A stretch of DNA of 64,000 nt from an uncultured Verrucomicrobiae bacterium (GTDB lineage: Bacteria > Chlamydiota > Chlamydiia > Chlamydiales > Rhabdochlamydiaceae), in NCBI GenBank assembly GCA_963806855.1, contig CAWDYW010000003.1:32001-96000 (forward strand), read 5' to 3'. A program made the translations under genes and the position numbers. Shown in pieces: positions 49,208-59,857 of the stretch. Within the stretch, counting starts at the first letter, position 1; each line of letters starts with the position of its first letter. The notes below the pieces were generated by a model. It saw only the letters and a program-made list of their open reading frames with translations. It did not search any database and was not told where the DNA came from.

Positions 49208-49954
49208 CAGCTCCTGCGGACGCGCCGTTGCAAACCCAAGAGATTTCAACGCCTCCTCAATTCCTTCCATCTCCCGAAGAGAGGATCGCAGCATTTTGCG
49301 CCGCTGCCCAAAGGCTTTGCGGGTCATGACAAAGAACTCCTCAGCAGAAAATGAAAAGGGGAATGGTTTAAGAGGCAGATGGACGACGCAAGAATAGACC
49401 GAAGGGGCAGGGTAGAAAGAGTTAGGCTTAACCGTAAAACAATAACGTGGAGTGCTATAGGCATTCAAAAACAATGTAAAGCTGCTGTACATTGGGGTAT
49501 TTTCTTTAGCGACCATCCGCTGTCCCACCTCTTTTTGGACCATCACAGTCAGGGAGCTGATTTGAGGGAATTTGTCGATGAAGCGGGCGATCATGGGCGT
49601 CGTAATATGATAAGGGAGGTTGGCAACTATTTTTAATCCCGATGGAAGCTCATTGATGGGAAAAGTGAGGGCATCATCGCAGAAGACCTTGAGCCTATTC
49701 TGATCGAGCCTTGTCAGTTTTTCTGCCAGCTCTTTATCTTTTTCGACTGCGTAAATGAAAGCCCCTTTTTTTAGCATGCATTCGGTCAACGCACCGGGGC
49801 CCGGTCCAATTTCTAGGATCTGATCCCCCTCCGCAATGGAGGCGGCGACGCAGATCTTTTCGAGAATGTTTTGATCGATGAGAAAGTTTTGGGAAAGGCT
49901 CTTTTTAGCTCGGACACCTAATTGATGGAGTTCTGATGGACGATAAATCGGCAT
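49148..49954 (-). CDS. rsmA: 16S rRNA m6,2A dimethyltransferase
   Basis: KKSLSQNFL, EIGPGPG, ANLPY and FGQRRKML. Confidence 0.96.
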   Translation of the reverse strand: MPIYRPSELHQLGVRAKKSLSQNFLIDQNILEKICVAASIAEGDQILEIGPGPGALTECMLKKGAFIYAVEKDKELAEKLTRLDQNRLKVFCDDALTFPINELPSGLKIVANLPYHITTPMIARFIDKFPQISSLTVMVQKEVGQRMVAKENTPMYSSFTLFLNAYSTPRYCFTVKPNSFYPAPSVYSCVVHLPLKPFPFSFSAEEFFVMTRKAFGQRRKMLRSSLREMEGIEEALKSLGFATARPQELSLVDFGALFEKLKSYHQGK

Positions 49955-50985
49955 TAAAGCAAGGAAAAGGGCTGGAAGTCAGTCGGGATCGCCTCGAGGC
50001 TCTTCTCATCAAAATTGAACTGTTTGCGCAATTTGGCGATGTAGAGAGGAAACTCTTGTTCAATCTCCTTTTCGATTAGTTCATCTTGAAGATTTCCCAC
50101 CATAGCGACATCGAATTTGGGGGGCGGGCTGACAGTATGATCTTTTAGATAGAATATCCGGTGGACGACACTTTTATCGCGGCTAACTTGAGGAGTTGGT
50201 TCACTATATGTTCCAGGGGAGAGATTACAGATGACAGCTTTATGCGAATCGGAGAGGGCTTTGCCTTCGACACAATATTCATCCGACACTGTAACGGAGA
50301 TATTTTCTTCTTCTCCGGTTTGATCTTTTAGGAGCTTGGCAAGCTCTTCGAATGGAAGTGGCTCATTTTTAATGACGGCTTGAGCCTTTTGAGCATAGAT
50401 ATTGCCGAGTTGTTCGGTTTTTCCTCGAATCGAAATGACCTGATATTTCCACTCCTCTTTTGGGGGATTTTTCACGACATGGTCTTGGAATGCAGTTTTA
50501 ATCGATTGAGGCCCAACGCGGTTGAGTGCCTTTGAATGGACTCGATACCAGGTCATTCTCTGGGAGGCGATTTCATGGTGGATCATAGCCCGGGCTTCAT
50601 CATAGCTAACTCCCAATTGGTCGAGCGTCGCAATCACATTGGGCCCAAAGCGTTCATGGATCAGTTCTCGGATGTCACCATCGGTGATTTTCATCTCAAG
50701 CCGCTCAGCATCCGCTACAATCAGCTCACTGTCGATCATCTGATTCAGAGTCCGTCTCCAATTTTGAGAGAAAAACTGATGGCGATGGGTGTTCGATTTG
50801 GCGTATTCGGGGTAGGCTCGGGCCAAGTAGACGTCCATCTTTTTCATCACGTCGATGACCGAAATGTTTTTCCCATTTACTGTAGCTAAAATGCGATTCT
50901 GGACGATGAGCTCGCCTTGAGCTGGCTCATTTGCAATAGCCAAAAGTGGCAAAAGAAGCAGAAAGGGAAGAAGTTTTAATTTCAT
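49954..50985 (-). CDS. SurA-like periplasmic chaperone
   Basis: Signal peptide and NRILATVNG..LNQMIDSEL SurA N-domain pattern. Confidence 0.7.
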   Translation of the reverse strand: MKLKLLPFLLLLPLLAIANEPAQGELIVQNRILATVNGKNISVIDVMKKMDVYLARAYPEYAKSNTHRHQFFSQNWRRTLNQMIDSELIVADAERLEMKITDGDIRELIHERFGPNVIATLDQLGVSYDEARAMIHHEIASQRMTWYRVHSKALNRVGPQSIKTAFQDHVVKNPPKEEWKYQVISIRGKTEQLGNIYAQKAQAVIKNEPLPFEELAKLLKDQTGEEENISVTVSDEYCVEGKALSDSHKAVICNLSPGTYSEPTPQVSRDKSVVHRIFYLKDHTVSPPPKFDVAMVGNLQDELIEKEIEQEFPLYIAKLRKQFNFDEKSLEAIPTDFQPFSLL

Positions 50986-50992
50986 ATGATCA

Positions 50993-52123
50993 CTATATCT
51001 GTTTGTGGGTTAAAATTGCACCAAAAAATCCATCCATCCCACCTTTGATGGGAAGCGATTTAAATGGAATGCCCACCGACTCTAGTCCATAAGTCTGATT
51101 GAAAAATTGGAGCTGCTGCTCATTTTCTTCTGGAAGGATGCTGCAAGTGGCGTAAACGATTTTTCCATTCGGCGCGAGATAGGTGAGCGCTTCGCTAAAA
51201 ATTGCCCGCTGCTCTGCGACAAGCCGGCTCAACATTTCGGGCGAAAATTTCCATTTAAGGTCGGGATTGCGGCGCAAGGTTCCCGATCCGCTACAGGGGA
51301 CGTCGACTAAAACCCAATCCATTTTGCCTTTTAAAGCTTTTTTATTAGGGGAGGAGAGGAGCTGACAATTTTCAATTCCTGCGCGCTTTAACCGTTTTTT
51401 TGCTTCCTGAAGAGGGCGATCGCGGATATCATGCAAATAGATCTGCCCTTTGCCTTGAAGCTTGGGGGCAAAGGCTAGTGTTTTCCCTCCCGCACCAGCG
51501 CAGTAGTCGAGTACTTGGTCGCCTGGTTTAGCATCGACCAAATTCGCAACGAGTTGGCTCCCCTCATCTTGCACATCGAAGAGCCCCATCTTAAATTCTT
51601 CTAACTCGTTAAAATTGACCTTTTCTGCAAAGTGGATCCCTAATTCAGAATGGGGTGTGGCTCGAATTGAAAACCTCTTTTCTAATAGGCTCATCAATTC
51701 GGCGCGAGTCGTTTTAAGAGGATTGATTCGGACAGTTGTCGGGGCTGGGGAATTGCTGCTTAAACAGATATCGAATGCCTCCGTTTCTCCATAGCAATTG
51801 ATCAGAAGGTTAAAAAAATGCCTTGGGAAACTGGCGCGGATATGCACCGGGATTGAGGGGTCTTGCGCTTTTTGCAAGATATCGATTTGCTCAAGTACCT
51901 TGCACCTTTCGCTCCAGCCATGTGCGCCGGGACAAAAATAATCAATTAGACTCAGCCACCGCACCAATTTGTAAATTTTTTCTGCAATGACCTTTCGATC
52001 TTTCGAGCCAATCGCCCGGTGGTTTCGAAAATAATGCCCCAGATGGACATCGAGAGGGACCGATCCAAAATCCGTAGAATTAAGAATTTGAAAAAGATGG
52101 TGATCGCGAAAAGTTTTCTCCAT
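50993..52123 (-). CDS. rsmB: RsmB/NOP family RNA m5C methyltransferase
   Basis: QDEGSQ, DYCAGAGGK, DVPCSGSG and YATCS. Confidence 0.9.
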   Translation of the reverse strand: MEKTFRDHHLFQILNSTDFGSVPLDVHLGHYFRNHRAIGSKDRKVIAEKIYKLVRWLSLIDYFCPGAHGWSERCKVLEQIDILQKAQDPSIPVHIRASFPRHFFNLLINCYGETEAFDICLSSNSPAPTTVRINPLKTTRAELMSLLEKRFSIRATPHSELGIHFAEKVNFNELEEFKMGLFDVQDEGSQLVANLVDAKPGDQVLDYCAGAGGKTLAFAPKLQGKGQIYLHDIRDRPLQEAKKRLKRAGIENCQLLSSPNKKALKGKMDWVLVDVPCSGSGTLRRNPDLKWKFSPEMLSRLVAEQRAIFSEALTYLAPNGKIVYATCSILPEENEQQLQFFNQTYGLESVGIPFKSLPIKGGMDGFFGAILTHKQI

Positions 52124-52163
52124 AATTAGCAATCCATTATACTTGGGTCAAAAGGAGAAATCC

Positions 52164-52616
52164 ATGCAAAAGATTATTTCATTTCTGGGGCGCCTCTGTT
52201 TTTGTGTACCTTTTATTGTTTCGGGAATAGCAAAGATTATCCGTTGGGATGCAACAGAGCAAGAGCTTGTGAATCAGATACTTGATGTTCTGGCCAAATC
52301 ATACCAGCACGGCTGGGCCCAAATGATCCTAGACCGTATCGTTTCCCTTGCCCCTATGGTGCTCTTGATCGCCACCATTATCGAGTTGGGAGGAGCTCTT
52401 CTCATTTTAACTGGTCTTCAGGTCCGTTTGGGAGCTTTCATCCTCTGTATGTTTTTGATTCCGACCACTTATTTTTTCCACAACTTTTGGGATCTTCAGG
52501 GGAGTGCGCAAGAATTGCAAATTGTGATGTTCATGAAAAACCTCGCGATCTTTGGAGGTGGACTCACCCTGCTCGCCTTTGGTTCCGGCCAAAAAAAGGT
52601 GAATGTAAGCAAATAA
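52164..52616 (+). CDS. DoxX family membrane protein
   Basis: LGRL..FIVSG..ELGG..FHNFW..FMKNLAIFGG. Confidence 0.88.
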   Translation: MQKIISFLGRLCFCVPFIVSGIAKIIRWDATEQELVNQILDVLAKSYQHGWAQMILDRIVSLAPMVLLIATIIELGGALLILTGLQVRLGAFILCMFLIPTTYFFHNFWDLQGSAQELQIVMFMKNLAIFGGGLTLLAFGSGQKKVNVSK

Positions 52617-52617
52617 A

Positions 52618-54219
52618 GTGACAATGTTTCTTAAAGTGGCAATGTTTCTTTTTACCTGTCTAATTGTCGCTCTTAGCCAACCCAGCTTTGTCCCATGGCT
52701 CGGGCCAATTGCGGCGGCACTGGGCTATGCCCTTTTTTGGAAATCGCTTCCACAGAAGGGGCGGTTTTGGCGAGGTACTATTTGGTATACCCTCATCAGC
52801 CTCATCCAATTATCCTGGATGTGCGCCATCGAATATCAGGGATTCTATATTCTCCTCGTTTGGCTTGCCTTGAGTATCTGCATTGGTCTGCAATTCGGCC
52901 TTCTTACTTCGATCATTTCCACACCTCTGAAGATGCTCCGGATCTTAAGCATTGCGTCCTTTTGGACTTTGATGGAGTGGGCTCGGTTCTATTTTCTTTG
53001 CGGTTACAGTTGGAATTTGAGTGGGCTTGCCCTCTCCAATCCCTATTCTTTGCAGCTGGCTTCGGTTTTCGGCATCTTAGGGCTCTCTTTTTGGGTGATT
53101 TTCTCCAATTTGCTTGGACTCAGAGCCCTTATGGAAAAGAAAGCAGCCAATTATGCCATTTGGATCGGAGCGGCCTGTTTTCCTTATCTTTTTGGGATTG
53201 CTCACTTAAGTTTCCATCAAAGTCGGATGGAAAAAACAGATCAGAAACCGTTTACCTGCCTCCTAGTTCAGACTGGTCTTTTGCCTTCACAAAAAACACT
53301 CATCGACGGGCGCCCTTTCGAATATCTCTCTGCTTACTACCAGTGGGAAAGAATATTGGATTTACTGAAAGATTCGAAACCTGCCGATTTGATTATCCTG
53401 CCTGAAGCGGCTGTCCCCTACTCCGCATACCGAAATGTCTACGATAAAGGGAGCGTCGATCAAATATTTGTTAAAGCGTTTGGTCCGGAAATAGCCAAAG
53501 CCTTCCCACCCTCCCAAGAAACTAAAGTTTCGAACGGCTATTGGGCTCAGACCCTATCCAATTTTTTTCAAAGCGAGCTGATCGTCGGTCTCGATCATGA
53601 GGATGCGACGGGAAAATTTTACACCTCAGCATTCTATGTAAAACCATTGCAAAACTCTTTAGAGAGGTACGATAAACGGATACTGTGTCCTTTGGTAGAA
53701 TATCTCCCGTTCTCCTTTCTGGCCCCCCTTGTCGAAAGCTATGGGATTACTGCATTTTATGAGCATGGCAAAGAGGCTAGGATCTTTGAGGGGAAGCTCC
53801 CGATGTCCGTGTCGATCTGCTATGAGGAAACTTTTCCACAAAATGTTCGAGAGGGTAGATTAAAAGGGGCCAAAATGCTTATTAATGTGACTAATGATGG
53901 GTGGTACCCCTTTTCCCTCCTCCCAAGCCAGCACTATGAGCATGCAAAGGTTCGGGCGGTCGAGAATGGGGCCCCACTGCTGAGAGCTTGCAATACTGGA
54001 GTAAGCGCCGCTGTAGACAGCTTAGGTCGTACAGTTGGAGCACTTGCTGAATGTTCAAAAGAAAAAAGATTGCAGGCAGGAGTGTTATTTGCTGAGATTA
54101 GCCCCTATGAATACCCAACCCTTTTCACAAAATGGGGGAATGGGGGGATATTGTGTTTATGCACAGTATTTCTAGGAGCATTTTTAATCTCAAAAAAGAG
54201 TTTTTATAGGCCAAGATGA
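52618..54219 (+). CDS. lnt: Apolipoprotein N-acyltransferase
   Basis: TM N-terminus, PEAA, YDKRIL, ICYEE, TNDGW and RACNTGVS. Confidence 0.93.
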   Translation: MTMFLKVAMFLFTCLIVALSQPSFVPWLGPIAAALGYALFWKSLPQKGRFWRGTIWYTLISLIQLSWMCAIEYQGFYILLVWLALSICIGLQFGLLTSIISTPLKMLRILSIASFWTLMEWARFYFLCGYSWNLSGLALSNPYSLQLASVFGILGLSFWVIFSNLLGLRALMEKKAANYAIWIGAACFPYLFGIAHLSFHQSRMEKTDQKPFTCLLVQTGLLPSQKTLIDGRPFEYLSAYYQWERILDLLKDSKPADLIILPEAAVPYSAYRNVYDKGSVDQIFVKAFGPEIAKAFPPSQETKVSNGYWAQTLSNFFQSELIVGLDHEDATGKFYTSAFYVKPLQNSLERYDKRILCPLVEYLPFSFLAPLVESYGITAFYEHGKEARIFEGKLPMSVSICYEETFPQNVREGRLKGAKMLINVTNDGWYPFSLLPSQHYEHAKVRAVENGAPLLRACNTGVSAAVDSLGRTVGALAECSKEKRLQAGVLFAEISPYEYPTLFTKWGNGGILCLCTVFLGAFLISKKSFYRPR

Positions 54220-54301
54220 GTTTGTCATTGCTAAAATCTGCTGATTTCGATACCTTTTATCATTCGGGGCAGACTCAAAAGTTTAAAAATAGAGGTGTCT
54301 G

Positions 54302-55204
54302 TTGGCAGTAACTTATGAAGTTTCTAATAAGCTCTCCCTAGGAGAGATGCTCGATCCGTCCAAACAATGGACGCTAAAGGGATCGGTATCCCTCTCAGGG
54401 ATCGGGCTTTTTACCGGCGCAAGGGCGACCATCACAATCCATCCGGCCAGAGCAAATTCGGGGATTGTCTTCCAAAGGATCGACCTCCCGGGAAAACCGC
54501 AAGTGACTGCAGATCTGGATCATGTCGTTAGCACCCCTCGCTGTACAATTTTAGGAAATCACAAATTCACCATTCACACCGTTGAACATATCCTTTCATC
54601 GTTAAGGGCTATGGGAATTGACAATGCCATCCTTGAAATTTCTGGCCCCGAAGTCCCCATCATGGATGGAAGCGCCGAACCCTTTGTCGAAGCCATTTTG
54701 AAGGGGGGGATAAAAGAGCTTGCTGAGGAAAAGGAGATTTATACCCTCGGGTATCCAGTCTGCTGGTCGAAAGGGGAAATACATCTTGTCGCAATGCCCG
54801 CTAATGAATTTCGCATCAGCTATACCCTCCATTTCCCCGAGTCAGAAGTCCTCAAATCTCAATATTTTTCAATTGCGATCAACCCCCATGACTTTGCACA
54901 ACAGATCGCTCCATGTCGCACTTTCTGCCTCTATGAAGAGATCGCTCCGTTTATCGAGAGTGGACTAATCAAAGGGGGAGGACTCGACAATGCGGTGATC
55001 ATTAAAAACGATGTGGTCATTAATCCCGATGGAGTCCGATTCTCCGATGAGATGGTCCGTCACAAAGTTCTCGATTTGATTGGCGATTTATCGCTGGTTC
55101 CCAATACATTTCATGCTCATGTGATCGCAATTCGATCTGGGCATGCATCGAATGTGGCATTCGCCCGTGAATTATCAAATCATTTAAAGCTGGAGACAGC
55201 TTAA
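54302..55204 (+). CDS. lpxC: UDP-3-O-acyl-GlcNAc deacetylase
   Basis: [24 protein letters not shown] and SGH. Confidence 0.96.
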   Translation: MAVTYEVSNKLSLGEMLDPSKQWTLKGSVSLSGIGLFTGARATITIHPARANSGIVFQRIDLPGKPQVTADLDHVVSTPRCTILGNHKFTIHTVEHILSSLRAMGIDNAILEISGPEVPIMDGSAEPFVEAILKGGIKELAEEKEIYTLGYPVCWSKGEIHLVAMPANEFRISYTLHFPESEVLKSQYFSIAINPHDFAQQIAPCRTFCLYEEIAPFIESGLIKGGGLDNAVIIKNDVVINPDGVRFSDEMVRHKVLDLIGDLSLVPNTFHAHVIAIRSGHASNVAFARELSNHLKLETA

Positions 55205-55217
55205 AAAGGACCGAAAA

Positions 55218-55692
55218 ATGGCAGCTGAAATGAAAAACGAAGTACCTGTCTTTGACATCAAAGATATCACAAAGATTCTACCTCATCGGTATCCCTTTTT
55301 GCTTGTCGACAAGATTATCGAACTGAATTTGGAAACAAATATGATCATCGGCATAAAAAATGTCACCGCAAACGAACAATTTTTTCAAGGACATTTCCCT
55401 GGTGTCCCTATCATGCCTGGATGTCCTAGTTCTTAGAAGCTCTTGGCTCAGACTGGCGGAATCCTCGTCCACCAAAAGGTCCAAAATGAGAAAATCGCTG
55501 CTACTGCTCAATGTCAATAATGCAAAATTTCGCAAGACCAGTTGTCCCAGGCGATGTCTTGACATTACATGCAGAGGGGCTCCACATCAGCAGTAAAGGG
55601 GGCAGAGTGCAAGCAGAAGCGCTATGTTGGGCGAGCAGTTGCAGCTGAAGCTGAAATTGGATTTGCTCTGATACGATAAGGAACAACTTTAA
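55218..55692 (+). CDS. fabZ: 3-hydroxyacyl-ACP dehydratase, frameshifted in this sequence
   Basis: [17 protein letters not shown] and MPG; downstream frames give [12 protein letters not shown] and EAEIGFAL up to TAA 55690-55692. Confidence 0.88.
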
Positions 55693-55735
55693 GACGGGGA
55701 ATAAAAAGCCAGATGTAAATAAAAAATGGATACAC

Positions 55736-56579
55736 ATGTCAAATATACATCCTGCTGCAATCATCGAAGCCGGAGCAAAGATCGGAAAAATGTCACGATC
55801 GAAGCCTATGCTGTGATCAAAGGCACAGTGACATTGGAAGATAGTGTCGTCATCAAATCTCATGCATATATCGATGGCTACACGACCATCGGAGAAGGAA
55901 CGGTGATTTGGCCTTCTGCGAGCATCGGAACAAAGACGCAAGATCTAAAATTCCGCGGAGAAAAAACCTTTGTCGTCATCGGCAAAAACTGTGAAATCCG
56001 AGAGTTTTGCACGATTAACTCCTCATGCCAAGAAAACTCCGTCGTCGAAAATTGGCGATAACTGCCTGATCATGGCCTATTGTCATGTCGCTCACAATTG
56101 TGAAATCGGCAACCGCGTCATCATGGCCAACAACGCCAATCTAGCCGGACATGTCATCGTCGAAGATTTTGCCGATTATCGGAGGAATGACCCCTGTTCA
56201 CCAATATCTCCCGTATCGGTAGCTATGCGATGGTCGGAGGCTTTAGCCGCATCACACATGATGTCCCTCCTTATACCATCGGCGCTGGATCCCCTTACAA
56301 AATCGGCGGGTTGAACTTAGTCGGTCTGAAACGGCATGGATTTCCTCTAGAAGTGCGCAAAAGCTTAACCCAAGCTTTCCGCATGACTTATCGTTCAGGA
56401 CTTAGCTCTCCGAAGCTGCTCTAGACAAAGTCGAAGATGAAGTGCCCACAAACCCCCACATCAAACACTGGATCGATTTCTGCCGCAATTCGCGCCGCGG
56501 CTTAATCGGATTCCACGGGGTGACTGTTGAGCCGCAGGAAGACTTCGCCGAATTCGAAGAGATTTTAGAAGAAGTTTAA
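55736..56579 (+). CDS. lpxA: UDP-GlcNAc acyltransferase, frameshifted in this sequence
   Basis: [10 protein letters not shown], hexapeptide repeats, [21 protein letters not shown] and GLNLVGLKR across several frames. Confidence 0.9.
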
Positions 56580-56597
56580 AACTCGAGTAAAGAGCAA

Positions 56598-57539
56598 TTG
56601 AGAATCATATTTTTTGGCACACCGCCATTTGCTGCACAGATTCTCAACTATCTAATTGAGAACGGCCACACCATCGTAGGCATCGTGACTCGTCCCGATA
56701 AGCCTCGCGGTCGCTCAGGGCAGCTGCTCCCCTCTGCAGTCAAAGCCTTAGCCCAAGAAAAATGGCCAACCATTCCCATTTTTCAACCTGTAAAAGCCTC
56801 CACCGATGCTTTTGTACAAGAACTAAAGCTGCTGAACCCCGATGTATTCGTCATCGTGGCCTATGGAGAGATCATCAAAGAAAACCTCCTGAAACTGCCG
56901 AGCAAAATGTGCATCAACATCCACCCCAGCTTGCTCCCTAAGTATCGTGGGGCGGCGCCGATCCAACGGGCCATCATGGCAGGAGAAAAAAAGAGTGGAG
57001 TCACCATCATTGAAATGGTTCTCCAGATGGATGCGGGGGCGATGTTAGGGATGGAAGAAGTTGCAATCGGTGAAGAGACAAATTTTGGCGAGCTACAAGC
57101 GAAATTGTGCGAAATTGCATGCCCCCTTGTGGAGCGAGTTTTAAAACAAATCGAGTTGGGGACCATTCAAAAAATCGAGCAAAATCCCAGCGAGGTTATC
57201 TTTGCTCCTAAAATTGCCTTTGAAGATCGGATTATCCATTGGGAGAAGAGCGCCGAAGAGATCCACAATCAGATCCGAGCCCTCTCGCCAGATCCTGGCG
57301 CCCTTTGCGAGTTCGAGGTCAAAGGCCAAAAAAAATGGTTGACGATTCGGCGCGCAAAACAAAATTTTAATTTATCAGGAAAAGTAGGTGAGACTCTTTC
57401 ATATAAAAAAAATGAATGGGTCATCGCCTGTGGCTTGGGGGCAATTTCCCTTCTCGAAGTTCAATTAGAGGGGAAAAAATCGATGCCCATCGATGAATTT
57501 ATCCGAGGCAATCCTACGGCGCCCTCTTCTAAATTTTAG
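56598..57539 (+). CDS. fmt: Methionyl-tRNA formyltransferase
   Basis: FFGTPPFA, NIHPSLLPKYRGAAPIQ and MDAG. Confidence 0.97.
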   Translation: MRIIFFGTPPFAAQILNYLIENGHTIVGIVTRPDKPRGRSGQLLPSAVKALAQEKWPTIPIFQPVKASTDAFVQELKLLNPDVFVIVAYGEIIKENLLKLPSKMCINIHPSLLPKYRGAAPIQRAIMAGEKKSGVTIIEMVLQMDAGAMLGMEEVAIGEETNFGELQAKLCEIACPLVERVLKQIELGTIQKIEQNPSEVIFAPKIAFEDRIIHWEKSAEEIHNQIRALSPDPGALCEFEVKGQKKWLTIRRAKQNFNLSGKVGETLSYKKNEWVIACGLGAISLLEVQLEGKKSMPIDEFIRGNPTAPSSKF

Positions 57540-57542
57540 TAA

Positions 57543-57572
57543 TTGCCTAAAAAAATCGCTCTCTTGTATAAT
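57543..57572 (+). promoter_or_regulatory. Promoter for the three-gene cluster
   Basis: TTGCCT-N18-TATAAT upstream of the ATG at 57606. Confidence 0.6.
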
Positions 57573-57605
57573 TTTGGCGCTTAATAACTGTACCAAGGAA
57601 TTTTC

Positions 57606-58394
57606 ATGCCGGTAGACGCGATACAACCAATAGATTTTTTAACCCCTGAGTTTGGGGCTCACCACCACCACTCGGCTCGAAAGAATAAAGACCTTCCCGA
57701 TGTCCTTGCAGATTATGCAGAAAGATGGCCATCCTTTACTAAAGCCCTCTATGTGTTAGGTATCGACGTTCCAAAAGAGGCCGGATTAATACCAGAAGAA
57801 TATCTAGATACCGCTGATGAGCTGCGCCACTACTTGAACCTCGGTAAATTGCTCGAAGCACCTGGAAAATGGTTAAAAAATGCCAATATCTGGCGCAATC
57901 GCACAGTTACACTGCTAGAAGAGGGGCTCTCTTGGGAGGGAGTCTATATGTGGCTGCGCGGCACTAACGGAATGATCAACCCCAGCTATGATTCGATTGA
58001 TTTCCTCACCAAAGCCAATATTGTGCACATCGCCAAACCAACCCTCAACACTTTGAAAGGGGTGAATGGAGTTGGAATGGTGATCGGGTTTGGAACATCG
58101 GCTATTGATTCTGTACGCAAATTTATTAATAACGAAGATCTCGTTGAAGCCACAGGTGAAAAATATGAAGTTGCAAAAGAACAAGCGATTGTGAATCTGT
58201 TGGCGCTCGCTTACGAGATATCGCTATTTGCTCTGGGAGTCTTGACAGTTCTATCTGTCTTCTTTGCAGTTGTGGTCCCATCAGTAGCATTCGTGACATG
58301 TTCTGCAAGTTCAGTTGTCTCTCATATAACGAGATATTTCTATGAGAACATAGGGCCCGGAATGAAAAAAATTGAAAACAAGGGGAATGTATGA
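57606..58394 (+). CDS. Hypothetical membrane protein with C-terminal bilobed hydrophobic domain (Cap1/Inc-like)
   Basis: About 45-aa hydrophobic hairpin near the C-terminus; no Sec signal. Confidence 0.75.
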   Translation: MPVDAIQPIDFLTPEFGAHHHHSARKNKDLPDVLADYAERWPSFTKALYVLGIDVPKEAGLIPEEYLDTADELRHYLNLGKLLEAPGKWLKNANIWRNRTVTLLEEGLSWEGVYMWLRGTNGMINPSYDSIDFLTKANIVHIAKPTLNTLKGVNGVGMVIGFGTSAIDSVRKFINNEDLVEATGEKYEVAKEQAIVNLLALAYEISLFALGVLTVLSVFFAVVVPSVAFVTCSASSVVSHITRYFYENIGPGMKKIENKGNV

Positions 58395-59158
58395 CAAGAA
58401 TTGGAACAGTTACAGAGTGGCTTAGACCAGGTTTCTTCAGCATTGAAACAGATAAATTATTAAATAGTCCTGAAATGGCCGATGTGGTCGAGCTAGGTGC
58501 TAATATTTGTGAATGGACCCATGAGCTAACTGGCAACGAGCAAGCAGAGCAGATTGGCGAAACCTTTGAAACGTTTGAAAAATTCTTCGCTGTCCCTGGA
58601 GCCTTCGAGAAGGCTGGAAAATTAAAAGCCAGCTGGGAGCGATGGCTGGATGGGAGAGACGCATTCACCCCAATTGTTGAAAACGGCTTGCTCCTGACCA
58701 ATAAAGTGGCTAAAGGGTTTCAGTTCTTCAATGCAATCGACGTCATTCAATTAAAAGAAGGGGTCAAAACTGCCAGAGGAGTCTTCTGGGGAACCCTAGG
58801 CGTCTTTGATTCGATTCAAGTCGTGAAGAGCATTCATGAGGCAGGAAGGCTCGGCAAGAAAATCAAAGAGACGACCGATGTTGAAAAGAAAGAAATTAGG
58901 GAGCACCGTTGGCAGATTGCTGCATTAAACGTAGTCAAATCGGTCAACGTCATCGCTCAAGCAATCATCGCCCTTATTTCGATCCTCTTCGTCAGCTTGG
59001 CTCAGGGAATTATCTTCTCCCCTGTTGTCTTCATGGGATTAACAAGCTCATGGCTTGCGCTTAATTTCGGTCTCCATTTCTACGATAAAATCGTCGATCA
59101 ATGGGATGCTGAAAGAAAAGCACGAGCTCTAGCTCCACAAGTAGCATTAGAGAGCTAA
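58391..59158 (+). CDS. Hypothetical membrane protein with C-terminal bilobed hydrophobic domain (Cap1/Inc-like)
   Basis: IAQAIIALISILFVSLAQGIIFSPVVFMGLTSSWLALNF; ATGA overlap with the previous gene. Confidence 0.75.
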   Translation: MTRIGTVTEWLRPGFFSIETDKLLNSPEMADVVELGANICEWTHELTGNEQAEQIGETFETFEKFFAVPGAFEKAGKLKASWERWLDGRDAFTPIVENGLLLTNKVAKGFQFFNAIDVIQLKEGVKTARGVFWGTLGVFDSIQVVKSIHEAGRLGKKIKETTDVEKKEIREHRWQIAALNVVKSVNVIAQAIIALISILFVSLAQGIIFSPVVFMGLTSSWLALNFGLHFYDKIVDQWDAERKARALAPQVALES

Positions 59159-59161
59159 TCT

Positions 59162-59857
59162 ATGTCCACCGCCGGTATCCCTTCTTGTGCTACCGGCGGT
59201 TTTTTTGACCGATTTCACTGCGTCATCACTAATCCAGATCACATTCTAGAAGGAACAATTTGGACCGGTTGGTTTGGCTGGACAGCTGCCGATTGGACCT
59301 CTGCTGTTACTAATCGGCAGCAGGCCTATGCCCTCCCTGACGGTAGCGGAGAAAAAGCAGAAAAAGTCTGGCATGCAAACAAAAATCTTTTCTTGGCGAC
59401 CTGTTCCACAATCTCTTCCTCCTCGATGGTTATTTCATGGGTTGAAAAAGTGGGGTTGATTTCTCCCGGGGTTCTTGGGCCTGTTTTTGGCGTCATTGGT
59501 TTTGGAGGGAGCTCCATAAGCTCTCTTGTCCGGCTAGTGGAAGCCTTTCAGGAGCTTGATGAGGCCACCATCGCGTGGGGCAAGGCGCAGGATCCTAGAG
59601 TTAAGGCCGATATTGCGCTTGGCTTTGGCACCAAAATGGCCGCAATCGCTTTTTTTGTCTGTGCTGCAGCCTGGGGAGTGCTTGGCGGGGCCCAAATCAT
59701 CTTGGGAGGCGTACAGCTGGCTCTCCTGGTCGACACCCTCTTTAAATACACTGTAATCACCTTCCTGGCCTATTTTGGGTCCATTATTGGGACCGGTTTG
59801 CTCGTAAATGACTCCAAAAACCTCGTAATTCAAAAAAAGGGGCAAAATGCAGTTTAG
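59162..59857 (+). CDS. Hypothetical membrane protein with bilobed hydrophobic domain (Cap1/Inc-like)
   Basis: Similar size and hydrophobicity pattern to the two upstream genes. Confidence 0.72.
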   Translation: MSTAGIPSCATGGFFDRFHCVITNPDHILEGTIWTGWFGWTAADWTSAVTNRQQAYALPDGSGEKAEKVWHANKNLFLATCSTISSSSMVISWVEKVGLISPGVLGPVFGVIGFGGSSISSLVRLVEAFQELDEATIAWGKAQDPRVKADIALGFGTKMAAIAFFVCAAAWGVLGGAQIILGGVQLALLVDTLFKYTVITFLAYFGSIIGTGLLVNDSKNLVIQKKGQNAV

